The notes under the pieces: model-generated
What the model saw: only the letters and a program-made list of their open reading frames with translations
What the model was told of the DNA's origin: nothing
The model's database searches: none
Translations under genes and position numbers: made by a program
Part shown: positions 48,576 to 56,660 of the stretch, in pieces
How the letters are laid out: every line of letters begins with the position of its first letter
Numbering within the stretch: the first letter of the stretch is position 1
DNA from: Hoeflea sp.
GTDB taxonomy: Bacteria; Pseudomonadota; Alphaproteobacteria; Rhizobiales; Rhizobiaceae
Assembly: GCF_039975035.1 (NCBI RefSeq)
Contig: NZ_JBDWHW010000021.1
Location: 392 to 64,391 of the forward strand
DNA: 64,000 nt
Direction: 5' to 3'

Positions 48576-49625
48576 ATGGCGAGAATTGAACTGACGGGCA
48601 TTCAGAAAAAATGGGGCACCGTCTGGGGTGTCCGCGATGTCAATATCGACATCGCCGATGAAGAATTCATCGTCTTCCTCGGACCTTCGGGCTGTGGCAA
48701 GACGACGACGATGCGGATGATCGCTGGCCTGGAGGACCCAAGCGAGGGCGAGATCCGCATGGACGGCGAGGTCATGAACGAAATCGATGCCCGTGACCGG
48801 GATGTGGCCATGGTGTTCCAGGGCTATGCGCTCTATCCCAACATGTCGATTTACGAGAACATCCGTTTTCCGCTGCGGATGCGCGGCGTCGACAGAAGCG
48901 AGCATGACACGCTGGTCCGGCGTGCCGCGGGCCTGGTCGAAATGACCGAGTATCTCGACCGCAAGCCCGGCGCCCTGTCGGGTGGCCAGCGCCAGCGCGC
49001 AGCGCTTGCACGCGCCATCGTGCGCCAACCGCAGGTCTTCCTGATGGATGAACCCCTGTCCAACCTCGACGCCAAGCTGCGTCAGGCCATGCGGGTTCAG
49101 ATCAAGCACATTCAGCGGCAGCTGAAAATCACCACTGTCTATGTGACCCATGACCAGATCGAAGCCATGACGCTCGCCGACCGGATTGTCATCATGCAGT
49201 CCGGCCTGATCCAGCAGATCGGCACACCCGACGAGATCTACAATGATCCGGCCAACACCTTCGTTGCCGGCTTTATCGGATCTCCGCCGATGAACCTGAT
49301 CGAAGGCCAGTTGAGCGATGGCGTGTTTACGGCTCCAGGGATCAAGGTCGCCGGGCTCTCCCTGTCCCCCACTGGCAAGGTCACGCTTGGAATTCGCCCG
49401 GAAGACTGCACCGTGGGCGGCAATGGCGCGCAACTCAAGGGCACGGTTTACGGTGTTGAGCCAACCGGCGACATCACCTATCTGACCATCAAGGCGGGTG
49501 AGAAACTGCTCGAAGTCAAGGCGGAGCGCAATTGTCGTTCGGAACTGGGCGTGGAGGAATCAGTGGCATTTGACCCGGCGCGCATTTACCTCTTCGATGC
49601 TAAGACCGGTCAGCGCCTGCGCTGA
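48576..49625 (+). CDS. sugar ABC transporter ATP-binding protein (MalK/UgpC type)
   Basis: 349 aa. GPSGCGKTTTMRMIAGLE, LSGGQRQRAALARAIV, FLMDEPLSNLD. Confidence 0.92.
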   Translation: MARIELTGIQKKWGTVWGVRDVNIDIADEEFIVFLGPSGCGKTTTMRMIAGLEDPSEGEIRMDGEVMNEIDARDRDVAMVFQGYALYPNMSIYENIRFPLRMRGVDRSEHDTLVRRAAGLVEMTEYLDRKPGALSGGQRQRAALARAIVRQPQVFLMDEPLSNLDAKLRQAMRVQIKHIQRQLKITTVYVTHDQIEAMTLADRIVIMQSGLIQQIGTPDEIYNDPANTFVAGFIGSPPMNLIEGQLSDGVFTAPGIKVAGLSLSPTGKVTLGIRPEDCTVGGNGAQLKGTVYGVEPTGDITYLTIKAGEKLLEVKAERNCRSELGVEESVAFDPARIYLFDAKTGQRLR

Positions 49626-49653
49626 CCCGCCCGCGACAGCCCTGGGAGGCCTG

Positions 49654-50610
49654 ATGACGTTCGATTACACTTCGATGGGATTTTACACCTTCGACGCGCT
49701 GTGCCGGCCGGTCAGTGACCTGCCGCCAGGCGGCGGCACCCTGTTTGTCGACGATTTCGCCCTGGCTGTCTCTGGGGCTGCGGGGTCTGCCTCCATCGTG
49801 GCGGCCAAGCATGGCCTCAAGGTGCAGGCGGTTGGCGGCGTTGGCCATGACCTGATGGGTGACTGGGTGCTGCGGCGGCTTGACGATTTTGGCGTCGACC
49901 GGCTGCTGATCCAGCGCTGCGAAGGGTTCTCGACGTCGTCGAGCATTGTCACCACCCGGCCCGACGGCGCCCGGCCAGCCTTGCACAAGCTCGGGGCGAC
50001 GGCCGGCTTCTATGTTGACGATGATCAGGTCGACCGGGTGCTCGACACCAAAATTCTTCATATCGGAGGCGTCGGGCTGATGGATGCCATGGACCAGGGC
50101 CGCAATGCCGATATTCTGAAGGAGGCCAAGAAGCGCGGCTGCACCACGACGCTGGATGTGTTTGCCTCAACCCAGGACGACCTGCCGCTGATCAAGCCGC
50201 TTCTTGCCAATACAGACTTCTTTATGCCTTCCGAGGAAGAGGCAGCGGCCCTGTCCGGCTTGTCCGATTTCGAGGACATTGCAAGCTTCCTGCTCGATCA
50301 CGGCGTCGGCGCCGTCATCCTGACACTGGGAGCCAACGGCGCCATGTACAGGGACGCCAAGGGAAACAAGATCGACATACCGTCCTATGCCATCGACGTG
50401 GTCTGCACCTGTGGCTGCGGTGACTGTTTCAACGCCGGCTTTGCCACGGGACTGCATCTGGGGAAATCCATCGAGGACTGCATCCGGATGGGCCAGGCCA
50501 CCTCGGCACAGAATGCGATGGGATTGGGATCGCAGGCTGTTGTGAAGGATCTCGACACGACACTTTCCTTCATGGCAAAAACCAGAACTCGCGATTATGT
50601 TGTCAAATGA
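49654..50610 (+). CDS. PfkB-family carbohydrate kinase
   Basis: ATG at 49654 (MTFDYTSMGFYTFDAL). PfkB signature-2-like DVVCTCGCGDCFNAGFATGL. Confidence 0.85.
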   Translation: MTFDYTSMGFYTFDALCRPVSDLPPGGGTLFVDDFALAVSGAAGSASIVAAKHGLKVQAVGGVGHDLMGDWVLRRLDDFGVDRLLIQRCEGFSTSSSIVTTRPDGARPALHKLGATAGFYVDDDQVDRVLDTKILHIGGVGLMDAMDQGRNADILKEAKKRGCTTTLDVFASTQDDLPLIKPLLANTDFFMPSEEEAAALSGLSDFEDIASFLLDHGVGAVILTLGANGAMYRDAKGNKIDIPSYAIDVVCTCGCGDCFNAGFATGLHLGKSIEDCIRMGQATSAQNAMGLGSQAVVKDLDTTLSFMAKTRTRDYVVK

Positions 50611-50629
50611 AAAAGGAGGGCCGCTGAAA

Positions 50630-51301
50630 ATGTCCGTTTCGCACCCCGATCCAAGAGAGCTGACACTGCCATTGCGTGACCTCGTCAGGGGCCTTCATCA
50701 GAAAGCGTCCTCTTCGCGCGCCCTTCTGGCGCCTGCACTTGAGTTTCTTCCAGGCCCCTTGCGCGAAGCGATAAGGGATATCACACAGATCAATCGTCCA
50801 GGCGGGAAGGTGTTACGTTCCTTTCGGAAACCGGATTCGGCGGCTGTTGTCCGCACCGCGGCAGCGCTGCGTGGAGAAACCGTGCCGGCTGTGGACACGG
50901 TTTCAGTTGCTGCGTTTGCCATCCGTATCCTGCTTGACGCTGCCAACGAGCAGGACTTCCTGATCAGCAAGACCATCCTCGCACTGTGCTGGCATGATGT
51001 GGGAGACCGGCGGTTTCGCGCTGCAGCCTATGTTCACGCCCTTGTTAACCGGAACCCGTTTGGTGTGGCTCCCGGCCTGGTTCATACCGAGGCTGATTTG
51101 GATGGTAGGGAACGCAAACGGATTTGCATTGCCCTGGTTCTCTGGCTCCTCGCTGATCATGAAGATGATGGCGCTTGCGAGGAGGAACTGGTGAGGATTG
51201 CCGGCTGGTTGGCGGGCGATTGTCTGGATGCCTGTCAAGCCCGATGGGACGATGCAGAACAGCTTGAAATCGTGTTAATCGAGACTGCGGGACGGATCTG
51301 A
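50630..51301 (+). CDS. hypothetical protein, no recognisable family
   Basis: ATG at 50630 (MSVSHPDPREL), 11 nt after AAAGGAGGG and 19 nt after the kinase stop. 223 aa, soluble, helical-looking. Confidence 0.55.
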   Translation: MSVSHPDPRELTLPLRDLVRGLHQKASSSRALLAPALEFLPGPLREAIRDITQINRPGGKVLRSFRKPDSAAVVRTAAALRGETVPAVDTVSVAAFAIRILLDAANEQDFLISKTILALCWHDVGDRRFRAAAYVHALVNRNPFGVAPGLVHTEADLDGRERKRICIALVLWLLADHEDDGACEEELVRIAGWLAGDCLDACQARWDDAEQLEIVLIETAGRI

Positions 51302-51302
51302 C

Positions 51303-51899
51303 GTGAAAGACGCCCTGCATGTCCTCGATAAGCGTAACCTTCCTGTCCGCAAGACCATTCGCCGCGCCCGCTGGTTCACAGCCTCTTTTCGCGATTTTCT
51401 CGGCTCGGTTTCGGATGAAACGCAACGACACTATGTCCTCGATGAAGGAAAGCTCATATCCGCATTCACGTCATGGTTCCGTGCCTTCGAAGCGCAAAAG
51501 TACAAGGCCAGGGAACATCGACTGGAATATGTGACCTTCTCGGCTGGTTTGATGTTGCGGGAACTGGTGCGTCACGCGCCTGTAACGGCTGAACCATATG
51601 TCGGCCCGGTCGATCAGAGTGCGCCCGAGGGGTTCTGGCCGGAAGGCTACTTGTACGTCACATTTTGCCTGGCCGTCAGAGAGGCTGTCATTGAGCAGGA
51701 CTTTTCACTGGTCAACGATGTGACGCCGGAGCTTGGCGACCTCCGGACCTGGTGGTCCTTCAGGGAGAATACACGCGACGATATTGATCTGGCCGTCAGT
51801 TTTTTTGAGCGGTTCGCCGGTGAAATGCCCAACTGGTCCACGCCGGGACTGTTTCTACCCCACAACTCCAGGGAAAAGACCCAAAAATCGCTCAGTTGA
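51303..51899 (+). CDS. hypothetical protein, no recognisable family
   Basis: GTG start 1 nt after the upstream stop. 198 aa, Trp/Phe-rich and soluble. Confidence 0.5.
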   Translation: MKDALHVLDKRNLPVRKTIRRARWFTASFRDFLGSVSDETQRHYVLDEGKLISAFTSWFRAFEAQKYKAREHRLEYVTFSAGLMLRELVRHAPVTAEPYVGPVDQSAPEGFWPEGYLYVTFCLAVREAVIEQDFSLVNDVTPELGDLRTWWSFRENTRDDIDLAVSFFERFAGEMPNWSTPGLFLPHNSREKTQKSLS

Positions 51900-52480
51900 G
51901 CGCTTCCTGGATTCCGGCTATGGTGTTCGGTATTCCCGGCGACGCCGTCACAGCAATTGCCGTTGGCGTTTTGGTGATGAAGGGGCTGGACCCAGGGCCC
52001 ACATTGATGACCCTCCATCCGGAAAACTTCTACGCTGTTATGATCGTCTTTGCCATTGCCAACGTGCTGATGCTGCCACTTGGATGGGTAGCCGCCAAAA
52101 GCGCGCGGTGGATTTTTGAAGTGCCGCGCGCCTTGCTGAACGCTGCCGTACTGCTGTTCTGCATTGTCGGCTCCTACTCTATCAACAATACCATGTTCGG
52201 CGTGACACTGATGCTGGCCGCGGGGGTGGTCGCCTTTGTACTGGAATCGCGCATGATCGCCATCGCTCCAGTTATTCTTGGCATCGTGCTCGGGCCACTT
52301 GTCGAAACCAATTTCACCACATCAATGATCATTGCAGATGGAAACCTGGTCGGGTTTTTCAGTCGTCCCGTTGCGGCTGGATTGGGAATCGTGACCCTGC
52401 TTATCTGGGGTGTCACCATTGTTCACGCTATTCAGGGCTTTCTTGTAAAGTGTCGACAGGATCCGGGGCTGGAAGAGTAA
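51896..52480 (+). pseudogene. 5'-truncated tctA (C-terminal ~190 of ~500 codons only)
   Basis: The translation WIPAMVFGIPGDAVTAIAVGVLVMKGLDPGP...GIVLGPLVETNF aligns with the C-terminal third of the intact TctA (LIPLLALGIPGDVITAIIIGAFMIHGLQPGP...FILGPLLEDNF). No N-terminal part, tctB or tctC nearby. Confidence 0.8.
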
Positions 52481-52541
52481 GGATGGTGGCAGCGGAGGAT
52501 TTTTTGCAATCTTCTTGATATGGGTTGAATTGTCCCTCCGC

Positions 52542-52740
52542 GAACAAAGGCTGAAGAAGCAAGTTCAACACAAGCGGCGCCAGCGCTTCTTCAACAAGAC
52601 CTTAGCAAGGCTTGTCTTTGTTGATGAAGCATCGACTAACTGCAAGCTAACCAAATGCACGGGGTGATCAGCAAAAGGCCAACATCTATCACGCTTGCTG
52701 GAATGGACTGTTTGCCAAACATTTCTGAGCCGCTTGCCGC
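52542..52740 (+). mobile_element. degenerate IS630/Tc1-mariner-family transposase remnant
   Basis: Own translation ...KRRQRFFNKTLARLVFVDEASTNCKLTKCTG*SAKGQHL... resembles the ...LVFIDE(T)-x-T-x-M...G...KGQRL region around the first catalytic Asp. It is broken by a stop and frameshifts, and I found no inverted repeats. Confidence 0.45.
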
Positions 52741-52741
52741 A

Positions 52742-53689
52742 CTATTCAGCTCGGATACAGGCCACCTGACGTCCGGCCACACGCCGTTCCGGCGGGATCG
52801 CCTCGGCGCATTTCGGTATCGCGATCGGGCAGCGCGGGTGGAACGCGCAGCCGCTCGGGATATCGAGCGGTGACGGCAATTCACCTTCGAGCCGCACCCG
52901 CTCCTGTTTCATGATCGGATTGGCCACCGGCGTCGCCGACAGCAACGCCTGGGTGTAGGGATGCTTCGGATCGGCAAACACGTTTTGCGCGGAGCCCGAT
53001 TCCACCGGACGCCCGAGATACATCACCATTACATCGTCGGCGATATGCTTGACCACCGACAGGTCGTGGCTGATGAACAGATAGGCGAGGCCGAATTCCT
53101 TCTGCAGATCGATCAGCAGGTTGAGCACCTGCGCCTGGATCGACAGGTCCAGCGCTGACACGGGTTCATCGAGAACCAGGACTTTCGGGTTCAGCATCAG
53201 CGCCCGCGCGATGGCGATGCGCTGTCGCTGGCCGCCTGAAAACATGTGCGGGTAACGGTCGTAATGCTCAGGCCTGAGCCCCACCCGCTTCATCATGGCG
53301 CGGGCCTTGTGCTGCCGCGTCTCCGCATCGTCCTTGGTATTGACCTTGAGCGGCTCCTCCAGAATGGCGCTGACCTTCTGGCGCGGATTGAGCGAGCCAT
53401 AGGGGTTCTGAAACACGATCTGCACGGTACGCCGCAGGCTCTTGTCGGTGAGCGCCGCCGGCTTGCCATCGATCATCAGTGTGCCCGAGCTCGGCTCCTC
53501 GATCATGGTCACGAGACGTGCAAGTGTCGACTTGCCGCAACCCGATTCACCCACCACCGCAAGTGTCTTGCCGGGACTGAGATCGAAGCTGACGCCGTTG
53601 AGCGCGCGCACCAGCGCCGGCTTGCCGAACATGCCGCGCTTGACTTCATAATTGCGGGTCAGGTCGGTGGCGTGGAGAACCGGGCTCAT
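52742..53689 (-). CDS. dppF: dipeptide/oligopeptide ABC transporter ATP-binding protein
   Basis: 315 aa. VVGESGCGKSTLARL, FSGGQRQRIAIARAL, C-terminal oligopeptide-ABC extension with CAFHPRCP. Confidence 0.88.
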   Translation of the reverse strand: MSPVLHATDLTRNYEVKRGMFGKPALVRALNGVSFDLSPGKTLAVVGESGCGKSTLARLVTMIEEPSSGTLMIDGKPAALTDKSLRRTVQIVFQNPYGSLNPRQKVSAILEEPLKVNTKDDAETRQHKARAMMKRVGLRPEHYDRYPHMFSGGQRQRIAIARALMLNPKVLVLDEPVSALDLSIQAQVLNLLIDLQKEFGLAYLFISHDLSVVKHIADDVMVMYLGRPVESGSAQNVFADPKHPYTQALLSATPVANPIMKQERVRLEGELPSPLDIPSGCAFHPRCPIAIPKCAEAIPPERRVAGRQVACIRAE

Positions 53690-54687
53690 GCCGGCACCTC
53701 GTGTGCCGGTGTGCCGTCAGCCGGAACGCCGTTCGCAAGCGGGTGATTGCACAAGGCGAGCCCCATTTCCTGTCCCTGCTGTACCGCACCGACACGACAG
53801 CTGTCGGTGGCAAACGTGCACCGCGGCTCGAACAGACAGCCTGGGGGCCGGTCGAACTGGCCCGGCACCACACCCGGAATCGACGGCAGGTGCCCGCGCC
53901 CGGTGGCCCGTTCCGGCAAGGCCGACAGCAATGCCGCGGTATAGGGATGATGCGGATCGGCAAACAGCTCCTCCACCTTCTGCTCCTCGACTTTCTGGCC
54001 GGCATATTGCACCTGGACACGGTGCGCCATTTGCGCCACCACGCCCATGTCGTGGGTGATCAGCACCAGCGCCATGTCGAACTCGGCGCACAGATCGCGC
54101 AGCAGATCCAGAATCTGTGCCTGGATGGTCACGTCCAGCGCTGTCGTCGGCTCGTCCGCGATCAGGAGCTTCGGCCGGCAGGAGGCGGCCATGGCGACCA
54201 TCACCCGCTGGCTCATGCCGCCCGACAACTGGTGCGGGAACGCCGACAGCCGCTGCTCAGGCGAGGGAATGCCCACCGCCCGCATCAGATCGATGGCGCG
54301 CGCCTTGCGCTCGGCGCGGTCAAGCCCGGTGTGGCGCTTGAGCATCTCGCCAATCTGGAAGCCGACCGTAAAACACGGATTGAGGCTCGACATAGGCTCC
54401 TGGAAGATCATCGCGATATCGCGGCCGATGATACTGCGCTTGTCCCGTGCGGACATGGTCAGCAGGTCCTTGCCGTCAAACCGCATGACATCGGCTGTTA
54501 CCGATGCTGTGTCAGGCAACAGCCCCATCAGCGCCAGCATCGCCACTGATTTTCCGGATCCGGATTCACCGACGATCGACAGGATTTCGCGACCATCGAC
54601 ATTCAGATCAACCCCGTCCACGGCGCGGAACGGTCCGGACGCGGTGTCGAAGCTGACGGTCAGGTTCTTGATTTCGAGCAGGGACAT
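53686..54687 (-). CDS. dppD: dipeptide/oligopeptide ABC transporter ATP-binding protein
   Basis: 333 aa. IVGESGSGKSV, LSGGMSQRVMVAMA, CLFEPRC. Confidence 0.88.
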   Translation of the reverse strand: MSLLEIKNLTVSFDTASGPFRAVDGVDLNVDGREILSIVGESGSGKSVAMLALMGLLPDTASVTADVMRFDGKDLLTMSARDKRSIIGRDIAMIFQEPMSSLNPCFTVGFQIGEMLKRHTGLDRAERKARAIDLMRAVGIPSPEQRLSAFPHQLSGGMSQRVMVAMAASCRPKLLIADEPTTALDVTIQAQILDLLRDLCAEFDMALVLITHDMGVVAQMAHRVQVQYAGQKVEEQKVEELFADPHHPYTAALLSALPERATGRGHLPSIPGVVPGQFDRPPGCLFEPRCTFATDSCRVGAVQQGQEMGLALCNHPLANGVPADGTPAHEVPA

Positions 54688-55592
54688 CAGCTTTTCTTCA
54701 GTTTCGGATCGAGTGCGTCACGCAGACCGTCGCCCATCAGATTGATCGCCAGCACGGTGACCAGGATCGCCACGCCGGGGAAGGTGACCACCCACCAGGC
54801 CCGCAGGATGAATTCACGCGCCTCGGCCAGCATCGTGCCCCATTCAGGCGTTGGCGGCTGTGCGCCCATGCCCAGAAAGCCAAGCGCTGCGGCGTCGAGG
54901 ATTGCCGACGAAAACGACAGGGTCGCCTGCACGATCAACGGCGCCAGGCAATTGGGAAGGATTGTCAGGAACATCAGCCGTATCTTGCCGGCGCCCGCCA
55001 CCCGCGACGCGATCACATATTCTCGGTCACGCTCGGACATCACCGATGCCCGCGTCAAGCGCACAAAATGCGGCTGAAGGATCAGCGCGATGGCAATCAT
55101 TGCGTTGAGCAGGCCGGGGCCCAGAATGGCGACCAGCACCAGCGCCAGCAGCAGCGACGGAAACGCCAGGATCACATCCATGATGCGCATGATCACAGTG
55201 TCGACCCAGCCGCGGAAATAGCCGGCGATCAGGCCGATCATCACGCCGCTGGAAACCGAAAGCACCACCACGAACAGCCCGATAAACAGAGAAAACCGCG
55301 CTCCGTACATCAACCGGGATAGAATATCGCGGCCCACGGCATCGGTTCCCAGCAGGTAGCTCAGGTTACCCCCCTCCTGCCAGAATGGCGGCAGCAGGAA
55401 GGCTTCGCGGTTCTGCACGCTCGGCGAATGCGGCGCGATCAGGGGTGCGAAAATTGCAACGAAAACAACGATGGAGAACACCACAAGCCCAAGCACGGCA
55501 CCGCGATTCTGGCTGAAATAATACCAGAATTCGGAAAACCGGCCGCGGCGCAGCGGCGTCTGGTCGGGGGAAGCAACTGTTGTGTCAGTCAT
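54687..55592 (-). CDS. dppC: dipeptide ABC transporter permease
   Basis: 301 aa with 6 TM and an OppC/DppC-type N-terminus. Confidence 0.85.
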   Translation of the reverse strand: MTDTTVASPDQTPLRRGRFSEFWYYFSQNRGAVLGLVVFSIVVFVAIFAPLIAPHSPSVQNREAFLLPPFWQEGGNLSYLLGTDAVGRDILSRLMYGARFSLFIGLFVVVLSVSSGVMIGLIAGYFRGWVDTVIMRIMDVILAFPSLLLALVLVAILGPGLLNAMIAIALILQPHFVRLTRASVMSERDREYVIASRVAGAGKIRLMFLTILPNCLAPLIVQATLSFSSAILDAAALGFLGMGAQPPTPEWGTMLAEAREFILRAWWVVTFPGVAILVTVLAINLMGDGLRDALDPKLKKS

Positions 55593-55601
55593 GGCCCACC
55601 C

Positions 55602-56606
55602 TCAATGCCTGATGCGTGGGTTGATCAGCCCGTACAGCAAATCAACGATGAGATTGACGAGCATGATGACCCCGGCGATCAGCAGCAAGCCGCCCTGCAC
55701 CACGGAGTAATCGCGTTTGAACACCGAATCGACCATCCACTTGCCGATGCCCGGCCAGGAAAAGATGGTTTCGGTCAAAATGGCGCCGGCAAGCAGAACG
55801 CCGACCTGCAGACCGATCGTGGTGATCACCGGGATCAGCGCATTGCGCAACGCATGCACCCCGATCACCCGCCGAGGCGGCAGCCCCTTGGCGCGCGCGG
55901 TGCGGACATAATCCTCGCCCAGCACCTCCAGCATTGCCGAACGCGTCTGCCGTGCAATCACCGCCAGCGGAATTGTTGCCAGCACGATGGTCGGCAGCAC
56001 CAGATGGCTCAACGCTGACTTGAAGGCGCCGGACTGGCCCGACAGCAGGCTGTCGATCAGCATGAAGCCGGTGACCTGCGGAAAGAAATAGATCAGCGAG
56101 ATCCGCCCCGACACCGGGGTCCACTGCAAAATGCCGGAAAACAGGATGATCAGCAAAAGCCCCCACCAGAAGATCGGCATTGAATAGCCAACCAGCGCGG
56201 TGCCCATCAGGCCCTGATCGAGCCACGAGCCGCGCTTGACGGCGGCAACCACACCGGCGGGAATGCCGATCAGTGTCGCCAGGATGATGGCGCAAAGCGC
56301 CAGTTCGATGGTCGCCGGGAAAAGCGTCAGGAATTCATCAAGCACCGGTCGCTTGGTGACGATCGAGGTGCCAAAGTCGCCGTGCAGAATGTCGACGAGA
56401 TAATTGTAGTACTGGACCGGAATCGACTTGTCGAAACCGAGCATCGCCTGCAGTTCCGCATAGCGCGCGGGGTCAACGCCGCGCTCGCCGGCGAGCAGCA
56501 TGATCGGGTCGCCCGGCAGCAACCGGATGAAGGCGAAAGCCACGATTGAAACCCCGATGAAGGTCGGGATCAGCAGGCCTACACGTGTAAGGAAAAAACG
56601 CAGCAT
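55602..56606 (-). CDS. dppB: dipeptide ABC transporter permease
   Basis: 334 aa. MLRFFLTRVGLLIPTFIGVSIVAFAFIRLLPGDP is a typical DppB/OppB N-terminus. Confidence 0.88.
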   Translation of the reverse strand: MLRFFLTRVGLLIPTFIGVSIVAFAFIRLLPGDPIMLLAGERGVDPARYAELQAMLGFDKSIPVQYYNYLVDILHGDFGTSIVTKRPVLDEFLTLFPATIELALCAIILATLIGIPAGVVAAVKRGSWLDQGLMGTALVGYSMPIFWWGLLLIILFSGILQWTPVSGRISLIYFFPQVTGFMLIDSLLSGQSGAFKSALSHLVLPTIVLATIPLAVIARQTRSAMLEVLGEDYVRTARAKGLPPRRVIGVHALRNALIPVITTIGLQVGVLLAGAILTETIFSWPGIGKWMVDSVFKRDYSVVQGGLLLIAGVIMLVNLIVDLLYGLINPRIRH

Positions 56607-56619
56607 ATGATCATTGGCA

Positions 56620-56646
56620 ACGGGGGCGTTTGTAAAACGCCCCCGT
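56620..56646 (-). other. perfect 12-bp stem / 3-nt loop hairpin between dppA and dppB
   Basis: acgggggcgttt-gta-aaacgcccccgt, read directly. No U-tract follows on the transcribed strand. Confidence 0.85.
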
Positions 56647-56660
56647 CTTTCCTGTTGAGG

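Noticed and set aside
50597-52740. Idea that the unknown gene pair plus IS remnant is a phage-defence or toxin-antitoxin island
   Set aside because: No ATPase, nuclease, HTH or small-antitoxin features are visible. The sizes and the coupling to a sugar operon do not fit typical TA modules. It is reported only as unknown function.
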